A DNA stretch of 64,000 bases from Eledone cirrhosa. Lineage: Eukaryota. The notes beneath the pieces are model-generated. The model was not told where the DNA came from, ran no database searches, and worked only from the letters and a program-made list of their open reading frames with translations. Within the stretch, counting starts at the first letter, position 1. The number at the start of each line of letters is the position of its first letter. The position numbers and the translations under genes were made by a program. Where the stretch lies: contig OZ024740.1 in the NCBI GenBank assembly GCA_964016885.1, positions 92,318,001-92,382,000 on the forward strand. The letters are read 5' to 3'. Positions 27,204 through 44,242 of this stretch are shown here, piece after piece.

Positions 27204-27680
27204 GCATAATACTGTACGTCTGTATACATATATGTATGTACGTATACATACTTATATTTAAGTAACAGCCGTACTAAGAGTTGGAAATGAAATTTCGTTT
27301 CATTATTTACGTTTATCGTGTTCGGTACCCCAGCCGTTTAACTCACTCGATATCCAAATTAGGCTGCTCAGCCGTTAATATGTATGAGGAAAGTATATAC
27401 TTTCAGACGTTTAAACATCTGGCAGGAAGGTATACGTTGCTGACGATAGCTAATAAGCTTGAAACTAGTAGAACGTCCCTTTGTAAGTGTTGAACAAACG
27501 AGCAACAATGGTTGCTGGACACTACGGCTTAATACGGGATGTTTGTTTACAAACACACCGAGCATTATAATAAATGTTCGGTTAATCCATACGTACATAT
27601 ATATATATATGTGTGCATGCATGTATATATATATATACATACTACTGTACGTCTGTATACATATATGTATATACATGTAC
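27203..27680 (+). mobile_element. Retrozyme-like unit with an intact-core HHR at 27435-27475
   Basis: CGUUG-CUGACGA-UAGCU-AAUA-AGCUU-GAAA-CUAGUA|GAACG; inverted relative to the 25371 array. Confidence 0.8.
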
Positions 27681-27700
27681 ATAATTATATTTATATATAT

Positions 27701-27788
<88 letters not shown>

Positions 27789-27829
27789 TATATAAATATA
27801 TATAGATATATAAACATATTAATATATAA

Positions 27830-28050
27830 AGATCACGACACACCGTACGCCCTAGAACGAAAAATCGTTTTGGCCCGCGAGGGCATATTCGACCGGAAGT
27901 AGAAAATACCGATTGTGCCTACACGAGGCTAGGGATATAGTCAAACTGAATGATGACGCCGTCAACCTGAAGTCTGAAATTATCATGACATGCAGACACC
28001 ATAGAAGATGCTCATATGCATCATGCGATTCGCCAGGTGACGCGGGCAGG
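27830..28050 (+). pseudogene. C-terminal fragment of a PLE GIY-YIG endonuclease
   Basis: RLCLHEARDIV..VNLKSEIIMTCRH, parallel to CKLCMNE..INLRSDFFGTC in ORF 20945-21343. Confidence 0.6.
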
Positions 28051-28877
28051 GGGCATGAGAACGAGACGTACAGGCCCATTTGGCCCAACGGGATTAGGAG
28101 ACCTGACGCCAAGCCATGATGACGGTGTCCGACTCGTGAGGCAAACATATGTAAACCACGTTCGCACTTGACCGGGCACACAACATTGGAAGATACGCCG
28201 GATGTGCCGGGACCGGCTGACACAGGTCGTCACATTGAATGTGTACCCCTTCAATCGTTACTATATACTCTCCACCTGTTCCACTTTGGAACGGTGATTA
28301 TTACTATCGTTATTGTTCTATTATTGTTCTGTTACTGTTACCTGTTCTATACACGAACACAAGTTTGCATCTCATAATATCTGTGTGGATGGACGCACGC
28401 ACCTTCTCAAGTACCTCCTCCCACGTTTTTTTGTATTTTACTCCTTTTTTCTTGTACGTATTTATGCAGTTACATACACATTTTAATGTACCCTAACAAT
28501 TGTAAATGTATTTATTTAGTTTATTTCATTATCATGTGTTTATATTCGCGTGCTTTTATGTGTGGGCCTGTGCGTGGGTATATGTACGAGTGTGTGTGTG
28601 TAAATGTGTATGTATATATATATACGTGTTTGAGTGCTGGGGTGTGTGTATGGGCATGGGTGCGTGTGTGTATAAGCTTATACTCGTGTGTATGTGCAGA
28701 CATGTGCATGTATGTACGTATGAGGCGCAATGTCGGTGTATGTGTGTATATGTATATATGTGTGTATATATTAATATATATGTGTGTGTGTGTGTATATG
28801 TATGTGTGCGTATGTACTAATAGCCACCTATGAGTAGGTGTATGTGTGTGGGTGGGTAATGTGTGTATATATATGTG

Positions 28878-28961
<84 letters not shown>

Positions 28962-29198
28962 TATGTGTGGGTGCGGGTGCATGCATATGTGGGACTTTAC
29001 ATGTGTGTATGTTTATTTGTGCATACATGTATGTGTTTATGTGCATCTTATAGGAATGTGTGCGGATGATTATATATGGAATATATATGCTTTTTATTAT
29101 TACTATTATTCTTGTTGTATTACTTTATCACATATTCTCTATATATATCCGTATAGATCCGTATATGTATGTATGAATCTGTGTACATGTGTGTGTAC

Positions 29199-29245
<47 letters not shown>

Positions 29246-29248
29246 GGT

Positions 29249-29286
<38 letters not shown>

Positions 29287-29459
29287 AATGTTTTTGTACG
29301 TAAGTCTATTTGTATGTGTGGGCATGTGTGAGAATATATATATATATATATATATATGAGTATGTATGTATATATGTGTGTATATATATGTGTATACACA
29401 AGTGTATCTATATGTATGTATGTGTATTTATGTTGGTATGTATATATGTGTGTGTATGA

Positions 29460-29494
<35 letters not shown>

Positions 29495-29495
<1 letters not shown>

Positions 29496-30090
29496 GTACG
29501 GCTTAATTCGGGATGTTTGTTTACAAACACACCGAGCATTATAATAAATGTTCGGCAAATCCATATGTACATATATATATGTGTGCATGTATGTATATAT
29601 ATATATATACATACTACTCTACGTCTGTATACATATATGTATGTACGTATACATACTTATATTTAAGTAACAGCCGTACTAAGAGTGAGAAATGAAATTT
29701 CGTTTCATTTATTCCGTTTATCCTTTTCGGTACTCCGGCCGATTAACTCACTCGATATGCAAATTAGGCTGCTCAGCCGTTAATATGCCTAAGGAAAGTA
29801 TATACTTTCTGACCTTCAATCATCTGGCAGGAAGTTATACGTTGCTGACCATAGCTAATAAGCTTGAAACTAGTAGATCGTTCCTTCGTGAGTGTTGAAC
29901 AAATGAGCGACGATGGTTGCTAGACACTGTAGGGCTTAATTCGGGATGTTTGTTTACAAACACACCGATCATTATAATAAATATTCGGTGAATCCATACG
30001 TACATATATATATGTGTGTGCATGTATGTATATATATACATACTACTGTACGTCTGTATACATATATGCATGTACGTATACATACTTATA
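29495..30090 (+). mobile_element. ~1.3 further retrozyme-like units; HHR at 29840-29880 has a core mutation
   Basis: Same unit as 27203-27680; core reads CUGACCA. Confidence 0.8.
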
Positions 30091-30098
30091 TATATATG

Positions 30099-30183
<85 letters not shown>

Positions 30184-30191
<8 letters not shown>

Positions 30192-31125
30192 ATACTTGGG
30201 GAGGGTCATATTTGTGTAAAACTGCTAGAATTAATAACAGAACACACTCACTGTTTGGTTGGTTTTCGCTTTTCGTTTCTGTAAATAGACCAAAACTGGG
30301 GGGAACTAAAAGGACGAAAGAACGGGTCAGTACTATACGAACATGCCAGACAACAACACGACGGTAACATAGACAACATACAAGTTAGAATAATATCTAA
30401 ACATAGAAACGACCCAGCAGATAGTCAACTCAGAGAGGCCAGTGAAATAGAACTTAGAAGGCCAAGGCTAAACAGAAAGAATGAATGGAATAACAACAAC
30501 ACCCAAACAAACAACACTGACCTAAGAGAAGATAAATAAATAAATAAATAGATAAATAAATAGATAAATAAATAAATAAATACATACACAAGGACAATAA
30601 CAACAAGCACATATAAACACACACTAGTAAAGATAGAATACATTAACCAAAACACAGTCACCCAATCACGAACACACATCAAACAAAACACTATACACAC
30701 ACGCAAACGCATGCACAAAGAAGACAAAATAAAATAAACAAATAAATAAATATATAAACAGACTAAATAAAGATGGCGTAGAAAATACAAAATACAATGT
30801 AACGGGAGGAAACAATACCACCACTGACGATGTTGCAGATGTGCAACGAAAGAATTTAGATAAACTATATATATATGTGTTTGTGTCTATATTGTATCTG
30901 TATTATCTTTGACCGTTGGTCAGTCAATGGCAACATTGAGGACCGAATAAATTAGATTACCGATATAAAAGACACAGAAGCGAAAAGCGAAAACCAACCA
31001 AAGAGTGAGTGTGTTCTGTTATTAATTCTGGCAATATTACACAAATATGACCCTCCCCAAGTATAACAATATTTGTTTCGACACACGATTTCTTACAAAA
31101 ACCTCGCAAAACTAATTCATCGCCG

Positions 31126-31127
<2 letters not shown>
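30184..31127 (+). mobile_element. Non-coding PLE derivative with ~100-bp inverted termini, tail and degenerate HHR (30820-30862)
   Basis: 30184-30282 inverted at 30974-31072; CUGACGA-U-GUUGCA..UGCAAC-GAAA; terminal motif shared with the 6324-8552 element. Confidence 0.75.
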
Positions 31128-31194
<67 letters not shown>

Positions 31195-31199
<5 letters not shown>

Positions 31200-32870
31200 A
31201 AAAAAAGATGCAATCGAAAATGCAACTGGAGTCTTATTTAATATATATATATATATATATATATTTATTTGGTTCCTTTACCTCCATCTCAACTCTACTT
31301 TTGAAAGGCAGAAGAACTGCGAAACCGGTAAAGGAACCAAATAAATATATATATAATTTTACATTTATATACTATGTTATTAATAAGGCAATTTCCTTTT
31401 AATGGGCAATGTGCTTTCTTTCTACAGTTACAACCATTCGTGAATATTACATCAGGGGAGTGAGTCAAATTAGGTGTGGAATTTACTCGAGATGTTGTAT
31501 GTGAAGGAGATGGTGATTTGCTGCGGTTTATTTTAGTATTAGGGTTAGTTTGATGTGTTGGTGGTATACTCATGTTTTTTTTTACATGTATATGCATTGT
31601 AGGCACTTATATTTTGTTGTATATTTTTGGTAGTGGAAAGGAAAATTTGACCGTTGATTTATTTAAAATTTGATGATATTTATGGTTTAGTGAGAAGCTT
31701 TTCTCTAGGATAGTAAACAATTTTTTAGGGATATTATCTTTAATTTGTAGATTAAATGGGCAAGCATTATACCAAGTAACTCGTCTATTACGGTTTCGAT
31801 GTTGATTTTTATTTTCATACTATGTATCCTAAGAGAGTTATTATTAGTGAATTTATTATACATATGTTTAGTTAGATTCACTGATTTAGGTGTTTTAGTC
31901 TGATTATTAGGAATTTTGTTAGTAATGTTATTAACGTATATTGGAGTATTAGGATGAATGGGATTTTGAAAGTTATTATATTGTATGTGAGAAGAGGTAG
32001 ATAAATTAAGTTTTAAGTTGGTATTTCGGGGTATAGTGTGAGTGTAATTTAGGTGTGTATTTTTCATTTGGTGTTTGTTGGTAATATTGGGTTGTATGTT
32101 TGTAGTATTATTAGTACAAGGTATATAGACTAATTTGTCTTTGTGGCCGCTTCTAGCTAAAGTTTCGTTATAAAAGGTCGTATTTTTATCGAATATATCC
32201 TGGTTAGATGAAAGGTTAGACATTCTGAGTGAGATATTATATGCCAGGTTTTTAAGGATATATCTAGGGTGATTGGATTGTAAGTGTACGTAATGTATGT
32301 TTTGCTTAGGTTTATGGTAAGGTTGGTAGATACCCGTAGATAACTATAAAGTTATATCAAGGAATTTAACTACTTTACTGGTGTTTTCCAATGTAATAGA
32401 TATACTAGAATAGTCTTTGAGGAAAGTTCTAATAAGTTTTTTTTTTTTCAATTTCTGATAGGCTAAGGTTAGTGGAAAGAAGAAGACAGTCATCACAATA
32501 TAAACCACCTTTAAGGTGGGGAAAAGAAGCATTTATGTTAAATAGAAGAAAGAGGCCCACAAGATATGTAATTTGGGCAGAATCACTAGATCCCATAGTA
32601 ATGTTGAATAGATTACTATATGTATTTCTGGTCCACTATTCCTTCCGAAATTCCAGTAGTGTTTGTCTAGCGTGCGAGATAATATTAATGTCATCCATAG
32701 TTAAGTTTGATTTTTTTTGGCAAATATCAAGGCTTTGTTCAGGAGTATGGGTGGTATAGAGGGATAATAAGCATCTATATCAAATTGTAGAAATGAGCAG
32801 ATGATTTATTTCTAATATTAGTAAACCAGTTAATTACCTGGGATGTGTTTTCCCAGAGTGGTAAATTAAC
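31195..32870 (-). mobile_element. Decayed PLE RT/linker (31360-32870) capped by a fold-back pseudo-LTR fragment (31195-31360)
   Basis: Minus strand: [46 protein letters not shown]; ttatttggttcctttacc / ggtaaaggaaccaaataa inverted around a variant HHR. Confidence 0.8.
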
Positions 32871-32915
<45 letters not shown>

Positions 32916-33359
32916 CCGTATGTTCTGTGAAGGATCGTATACCTCCTCGTACGTATATTTGATTGTTATGGCATATCATTTTTTTATATATTCTGGTACA
33001 TATGGTTCGGCTATGTGTATACGGGAGTTTTGCATCTGTGTGAGTATGCACGTTCGTACGTATGTAGGGCGTGTGTATATGTGTACTTCATGTTTTGGTT
33101 GACTTTCGTCTCCGAACATTCGTGTATTTACATGTAGGTATGTGTGTGCGCTTGTTATATACGTATTTATTTATTTATATACGTTTACATAATTATTTAT
33201 TTATTTGTATACACGCTTACACACAAACACATATTTATATGTGCGTGGTTTGTTTACCTATGGTAAGTTTTTGCGTATGCTTGTGTATGTACGTATTTGT
33301 TTGCGTGTATGTATTTATTTATTTCTATTACTTCTGTATTGTATTTATTTACTTTTTTT

Positions 33360-33908
33360 TTTAACTCCGTAGCGGAGATTCATTCGGTCTCCTAGTTAGA
33401 ATTTAGTCTACGACTTCTGCTATACCATTTACGTGGTTTTGTCTTTGCGTGCTATTGTTCTCCACGCTCCACATATGACGTATTATCTTCATTTTTTCGT
33501 TCATTGCCAGAGAACGTCTCTATGCACCACATAAGAGAACATCAGTCTACGATCTCGTTTATACCATAAACGTGGTTCTGTCTTTGCGCGTAATTGTTTT
33601 TCACCACTCCTATTAATGACGTATTATATTCGTTTTTTCCCGTTCTTAGCCAGAGAACGTTTCCACGAACCAAAGTATCGTCTTCCTATCTTCCTCCGGT
33701 TGCAACGTTTTTTTAAATATCCAGTTCTGCGTTTACAGATTGACTTTGTTATTTTTAGAAGATCCCGTTAAGGGTGAAATCAGCGATTCTTTGCTTAAAC
33801 TTTACTCTGTTATTTTAATAAATATTTGCTCTACGGTTCTTATATATTTCATATATATTTATCCTTATCGAGCCCTCATTAGATTTTAGTCTTCAAATTT
33901 ATTATTAT

Positions 33909-33911
<3 letters not shown>
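33360..33911 (+). repeat. Non-coding repeat with internal ~140-bp duplication, homologous to 18960-19110 and to Helitron cargo
   Basis: agtctacga..tacca..cgtggtt..tgtctttgcg at ~33405 and ~33545; 33758-33911 is the reverse complement of 18960-19110. Confidence 0.7.
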
Positions 33912-33962
<51 letters not shown>

Positions 33963-33972
33963 GTTAATATAT

Positions 33973-34700
33973 ATAATAATATATGTAGTAAGAAATACAG
34001 TAAATCGTGTGTCTAATATTACGAGCATTGAAGAACCAGATTTGTGTGAAATATTTAACCATGAAGCAGACAGATTGGTTAAAGAAAATTAAATTATACA
34101 ATCCGCCTCAATAACAATTATATCTCTCGGACAGATTAGGGATTAATCTGTTTCGCCATGAATGTGTCTGTAACAGATAATCCACGGGCATCATTAGCGA
34201 GATAATCTGATTAAATGCGACATAGTAGCGTTCACACAGAAACATGAATTCATCACCTCATGTGCCGTTAGTCAAAGGTGGTGTGAGTGTATTGTTTAGA
34301 AATAACAGTCCAACACACGCAACTTAATAAGCTCACCTCTTGAGGGAGCCGAAATATAAATGAAAGTTAGTGTTAATAACTCATACTGAAACCCTGTAAT
34401 TAACAAGCTCAAAGTATAAATACTGAGCATTATAATAATATATGTAGTAAGAAACACAGTAAATCCTGTGTCTAATATTACACTAACCAATACACTCACA
34501 GCACATTTTGACCTACGGAATACGAGGTGATTAATTAATTTTTCTGTTTGAACGTTAGTACTAGGTGTTCGTCGCGTTTAATCAGATTCTCTCGCTGATG
34601 ATGTCCGTGGATTATCTGTTACAAACACACTCAGGGCGAAATATATTAATCTCTAATCTGTCCGAGAGATATAATTGTTATTGAGGTGGTTTTTAATTTA
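33973..34700 (+). mobile_element. Inverted pseudo-LTR pair carrying a full type I HHR
   Basis: 34100-34295 inverted at 34487-34690; ~50-bp direct repeat at 33973 and 34432. Confidence 0.75.
34588..34669 (+). ncRNA. Type I hammerhead ribozyme with GUC cleavage triplet
   Basis: UCUCUCG-CUGAUGA-U-GUCC..GGGC-GAAA-UAUAUUA..UAAUCUG-UC|CGAGAGA; the mirror copy keeps a perfect stem III CAGAUUA/UAAUCUG. Confidence 0.8.
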
Positions 34701-34779
34701 GGAATAAATCAAATAAACCAGACGGTAAAAATAAAAATAAAAATAATATAAATATAAATAAAAATACTAATTTCGTGTA

Positions 34780-38271
<3,492 letters not shown>

Positions 38272-38399
38272 TGAGGACGATATTTGTTCGCAACTTTTAA
38301 CTGCTAATTTTATGCAAATTCTTTTACACTCTTGTCCTCATAAAAACAGTGACTATATTTCCATTAGTTATTTTCAGAATAATTTTGAACATCCAAAGT

Positions 38400-38940
38400 T
38401 GTGGAAGAGACACGGACTTATTCTTGGAATCCGCCCCGGGAGGACAAATAAAGACTAGAAGATAAACTCCCAGAACAACAGGTGGCTCGCTGTCTCATCC
38501 AAAGACGTGCCCAGAGTCATGCAGACAAAGTTTCCAGCGACAACATTGGACTTAGGTCTCGTCAGCAGTCAAGGTGATGTCATGCAAACTCACTTCTTCC
38601 CCGAGGGCCTCAAGCTGAATATCGATGGCTACATCAGCGTTCTGAGCGAGGCAGTAAAGCCCTGGATTGACCAGGTAGCTGCAGGTAGGCCGTAGGAGTG
38701 GCCATACCAGCTGAAACACACAAACCTGGCTGTCAGAGAATTTCCTCGACCACACTTCACCTGACATCGGGCCTGCCAGCTCGCCTGACTGCAACCCCCT
38801 CGACTTCTTTGTGTGTGGCGCAGTGGAACGAGACACCAACAGATATAGCTGCAATATTAAAGACGATTTGAAGGCCAGGATCACAAATGCCTTTAGGGCC
38901 TAAGTCGGGGGACAGTGAGGAAGGACTATAGCCGGTTCCG
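38400..38940 (+). mobile_element. Tc1/mariner-superfamily transposase fragment (maT/rosa-like)
   Basis: VMQTKFPA..GLVSSQGDVM..GYISVLSEAVKPWI and, frameshifted, TQTWLSENF..PASSPDCNPLDFFVCGAVE. Confidence 0.8.
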
Positions 38941-38941
38941 A

Positions 38942-39003
38942 TATTATATATATTTCAAAGGTACTGTGTTTTTTCTCCAGCACCTCCTCATCAGACGAAA
39001 TAT
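38942..39003 (-). ncRNA. Hammerhead motif, inverted relative of the 38047-38108 HHR
   Basis: CUGAUGA-GGAGGUGCUG..CAGUACCUUU-GAAA-UAUAUAUA|AUAU. Confidence 0.6.
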
Positions 39004-39006
39004 ATG

Positions 39007-39081
<75 letters not shown>

Positions 39082-39273
39082 TATATATATGTATGTATGT
39101 TTTATATATATATGTATGTATGTTATATATATATGTATGTATGTATTATATATATGTATGTATTATATATATATATGTATGTATTATATATATGTATGTA
39201 TGTATTATATATATATATGTATTTATGTATTATATATATGTATGTATGTATTATATATACGTATGTATGTATG

Positions 39274-39309
<36 letters not shown>

Positions 39310-39314
<5 letters not shown>

Positions 39315-39550
39315 CGGGGTCATACTTTTTCCTATGTGTAATATATATATATATCTCCCCCTAATCTTTTTATCCCAATAACTTTATTGAGGTATTATTC
39401 GCGGTGGCCTGAGGTATATGATCTTTATGCGAACTAATACCTATGATGGCCAGAAGATCACTGATGACGGATAGTCCTGGGTTCCTACTCTATTTTTTAA
39501 TTCATATGTATCACATCCGCAACAACGCAGCACGCCATATCTCATCCTTA
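39310..39550 (+). repeat. Short island in (TA)n carrying a strongly diverged copy of the k-turn/pseudoknot/CUGAUGA motif
   Basis: ttcgcggtggcctgaggtatatgatctt..atacctatgatggccagaagatcactgatga; downstream catatgtatc and gcaacaacgcagc shared with the 17.2 kb unit. Confidence 0.7.
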
Positions 39551-39572
39551 TATATATATATATATATATTAT

Positions 39573-39769
39573 TAGAAGGTGAGGTTTTTTTACAAAATGA
39601 AAAATAACCGAGGTGTCCTAATCGAGTGTAAGGTGAAAGTATAAAGAAAAAAAGATGAAATTGAAAATGCAACTGGAGTCTTATTTTAAAAAATATATGT
39701 ATATTTATTTGGTTCCTTTACCGGTTTCGCAATTCTTCTGCTTGTCAAAAGTAGAGTTGAGATGGAGGG
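39573..39769 (-). mobile_element. Pseudo-LTR fragment of the 31195-31360 family with variant HHR
   Basis: Shares gaaaatgcaactggagtcttattt and ttatttggttcctttacc; - strand UUGACAA-GCAG..UUGC-GAAA-CCGGUA. Confidence 0.65.
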
Positions 39770-39786
39770 TCTGTCGTTTTTCTCCC

Positions 39787-39910
<124 letters not shown>

Positions 39911-40510
39911 TCATATATATATATATATCATGTCAAATAATGAAAATAATGCGTTTAACGGAAGTGTTCTTTTAAAGATATTAATACATCAAACAGTAAA
40001 TTAATATTTATGTTTAAAACTGTTATGCAATACAGAAATAAACAATCTAAATCTGGACAGTGAAGATATTCAGTAATATGATATGAGATAAATTTAACTT
40101 CCATAGAATGACAAGTCCGAATAGAGTAAATATTATTTCAATTTCATGATTTGTCATGACTCAATTCCACTGCATTAATTCTATTTCCAGTTTGAATATA
40201 ATTTAATATGATGAGAGTTTTGTCTCGCGACAAAGCAGATCATTTTATATAGGAAAATACATTTCCTCATAGAAATCTAAATAAAGTGTAAGTTGACAAT
40301 AATTTCACAGAATAGTTACAGTTGAAAATAAGTTAGATGTATTACTCAAAACAATTTTAAATGATTTGATTCGATCGCTTTCTCTCTCTCTCTTTCGTTC
40401 TCTCATTTTCTCTGTTGTTCACTTTTCTCTACAACTTTTCTATCTCAATATATAAATATAAGAACCACAATGAAGTTTCGTTTACATGTATCTATTTTTG
40501 ATTTCATATC

Positions 40511-40602
40511 GATCTGGTACGCGCGTTTCGCAGATGATTTTCTGAATCTCACCCATGATGCTTTGTACACGACTCCAGCATAGATCTGCTCATCAGACAA
40601 GT
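40511..40602 (-). ncRNA. Isolated hammerhead ribozyme motif
   Basis: UUGU-CUGAUGA-GCAGAU-(~48 nt)-AUCUGC-GAAA-CGCGCGUA|CCAG; core and stems II/III intact, stem I weak. Confidence 0.65.
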
Positions 40603-41757
40603 GATTCAACTAAACTAGAATACAACCAGTTATACATAGAGTAAAATTGCCAGTCTTGTCAGCGGAAATCATATATCTAGTGGGTTCCTTCAGTCAGCTG
40701 ATTAGTCCATTCAGTTCGTTTCTGAATTTAATTTGTTTGTGAATCATCCATCGTTTTCTTCTGTCGGAAGATGTCACGCTGCTGGTTGCGTGATTGAAGC
40801 TTCATGTAACACAATCCTTATGAATAAATAAACTATGTATATCTACATACAACTTTCGTTATTATTCTTACATATATACCCGCATATATGAGCACTTGCC
40901 ACATGCATAGTACTAAATGTTTCCTGTGAACCTGCATTGTGTACAGGTTAGAATTTAACAGATGTTGTCAATCGGCATCATTATTCGACCACTAAACAGA
41001 AACTAGTCTTGGTTCATCTGGTATATCATTGCGGTCAAGATTAGGGTTAAAAAATAACCATTACAAATATGACGACAAAACGCAGCGGATGCATCCACCG
41101 AATAAAGAAAGCCTTAATGATTAAGAAATAAAGCTTCCCATGAATTGCAAAAGGAAATAAAAGAAGCGCTTAAATGTAGCGAATTTAGCACAATTTGATT
41201 AGCCAGGTCCAATGCACAGAACAGTAGAATCACATACAACCGGTTGCTACACACGACTGCCGGGTCGAACTATTATCAAAAACATATGTAGTTACATAAT
41301 TAAATTCAAATTTACATATATAAACACCTATGGCTGTATTTAAGTAGGCACACACACATTTACATTCGACATAGACATGCTTACACATAAATTGGTCATT
41401 ATATTTGGACACATGAACCCCCATCACGTCCCCTCCCTTTTGAGGTTATTTTCGATTATTTTCATGTTACACCCTTTTTACTCGATTATATGTAAACTCC
41501 CCCTTTGTATTTGTCCCTTCTTTTTATGCCTTTATGGTAAACAAAGAAATCTATATTTGGACACATGACTATACATAGATGACAAACGAGTCACACGCGT
41601 TCGTTTGTGAATATGCGTGTTTAAAACGTATTGAAATGGCAGTTGAAAATAAACTGCGTCCAATACGTTTCCCCTAAGGACCCTACGTATGATAAATGGC
41701 AAATCCGTAATATTGGGACTAATACATTTTCAATCAGTGATTCATGGATGTGTGTGT

Positions 41758-41801
<44 letters not shown>

Positions 41802-41838
41802 GTGTGTGTGTGTGCGTGCGCGCGTGTGTGCATGTGTG

Positions 41839-41872
<34 letters not shown>

Positions 41873-43615
41873 AGTGGGTGTGTATGTGTGCGTGTGTGTG
41901 TGTGTGTGTGTATGTGTGTGTGTGTATGTGTATGTGTGTGTGTGTGTGTGTGACAGTATTTTAGAACAAAATAATCATAACTTTAATCTAAATCATGCGT
42001 CTGCTCATATTGCTTTTCGACGGAATTGTAATCGGGTTTAAGAAAATGTTCCTCAAGCATGTCTTCTTGTGGTTATCCAGATGCACTTGAAATGCATCTG
42101 GATAGAGAAAGATAAAATGGGATAGCATAAAGCCATTGCAATTCTCCGGGTTTGACGATCTGATTCCTAAGTTCCATTTTCATTTATTAAAAAGTGGAGC
42201 AGTAGTGGATAGCAAAATCATTACATGCGAAATGTCTTTCCAGAATATAAAGGAGATTCAATTGCTGACAGAGTGGATTTATTCCTTCCTTCATTCCCTA
42301 TTAAACATGTATTGATGAAAGATAAGATTTAAAGCAATTGGTAATGACTAAATGGTATTCCAAATTTTGAGAAAATGTTGAAAAATACGCGATCGATGAG
42401 AGGATATCAATACACATTGGGATTAGAGAATTGTTAAGAGATTGGTGATGTGAAAGTAAGAGAAATCAGTTAAATCATACGCATATATATCAAATGAGGC
42501 TATGCAAAGATTTTCAGAAATAGGCCAACAATGATGGTATAGTAATACTAGGAATTAATATGTATGAAAACAGTTTTGTTTTTTGTGAGTGACGTTTGGT
42601 GGGAAAATAGAATATTTTCAACGGGATATTTCCCTACGAAGAATAAATGTTTGGTAACATAAGGATCTTATTGAGAGTAAGCTCAATAGGATATTGCAGC
42701 TCACTTATATTGCTGAATAGAATTAGATGAAAGAAGATGTATCACAAGAGAAAATAAAATATACGAAGCCAATATTTTCTTCGAGAGGCATGCTGTTTTG
42801 AACATATTCTAATATGTATTATTAAGTACTAAATTATAAGACATACAATGCGTTACTGATAAAGACATACTTTGATTTCGCTGAGAAATATTATATGAGT
42901 TTGGAATGTTCATTCTTACGAAGTAAATATGTTTCTTTTGTGCTGTGAGCGATTCATAACTAAATGCTATTTTGATACTTTAATAACATAATTAATCGTC
43001 TCTTTCCTACATATTGAAATAAAATGCTCAATGAAATTTATGTTTGCACTGATGTCACTACTTCTTTGAATATATACATGAATTATATATAGATTGTCAG
43101 ATAAACATACATATATACATATATACACACATACACTGATTCTTTATTCATATCAAGTCTTATTTAAGCTCGAGTCTTTCCACTCTCATTAATATCGCTT
43201 AGTGTGTATTTTTTATATAGGAATAAACAACCCGAATAATTCAAGTAAATACCGGTGTAAATGAACATATATGGTCAGTGGTGAACTGGCCAGGTTCCAA
43301 GGTTGCCGGATAGCAAGTGGGCCACAGGGGGACCACGGTAGCATTGCAGAATCCTGCAGTAGCATTGTAGTCGCAACTGAATTATTTTAGGGGCCAATGC
43401 TTAGCTTTTAAAACATATCTAACGTTCACAATTTTTAAAAGATAATAAAACAATTAAGTAAAGAATTTGGTCAACAAATTCCCCAATACAATAAACAAAT
43501 ATATGATAGTTTCAATCAGTGGTTGTACATTCTTCTAAATCTAAAGCTTAGTGTATTAGTTCATGCATGCAAACATACATATATTATTATTATTATTGTT
43601 ATTATTATTACACTA

Positions 43616-43727
<112 letters not shown>

Positions 43728-43730
43728 ATA

Positions 43731-43966
<236 letters not shown>

Positions 43967-44001
43967 GATATATAGATATATAGATATATATATATATATA
44001 T

Positions 44002-44210
44002 AGGAACGAGTAGGACCGCGTCGGCTGAGATCAAGCCGTTTCGACGGCTAATTCTGGACTAAAGATTTTTTAGTCGAGAATTAGCCGTCGAAACGGCTTG
44101 AGCTCAGCCGTCGAGTTCCTACTCGTTCCTATTTCCCACTCTACTACCCTATGTATTGAGTACTTTGGTGCGTTATGGTCCACCTGGTTCCTTACCACAT
44201 TTCCTTCGTT
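44002..44210. repeat. Fold-back plus tail element, same family as 23410-23571
   Basis: ~60-bp imperfect inverted arms around 44063, followed by the shared ~80-bp tail. Confidence 0.8.
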
Positions 44211-44242
44211 ATATATATATATTATTATTAATTTTCATTTTA

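Noticed and set aside
28050-28240. GC-rich segment with AUGAUGA and possible pairings, as another k-turn motif copy
   Set aside because: No clean tandem GA/3-nt bulge and no GAAA in register.
43276-43400. cagtgg-starting GC island as a hAT terminus
   Set aside because: No matching inverted end or 8-bp TSD found.
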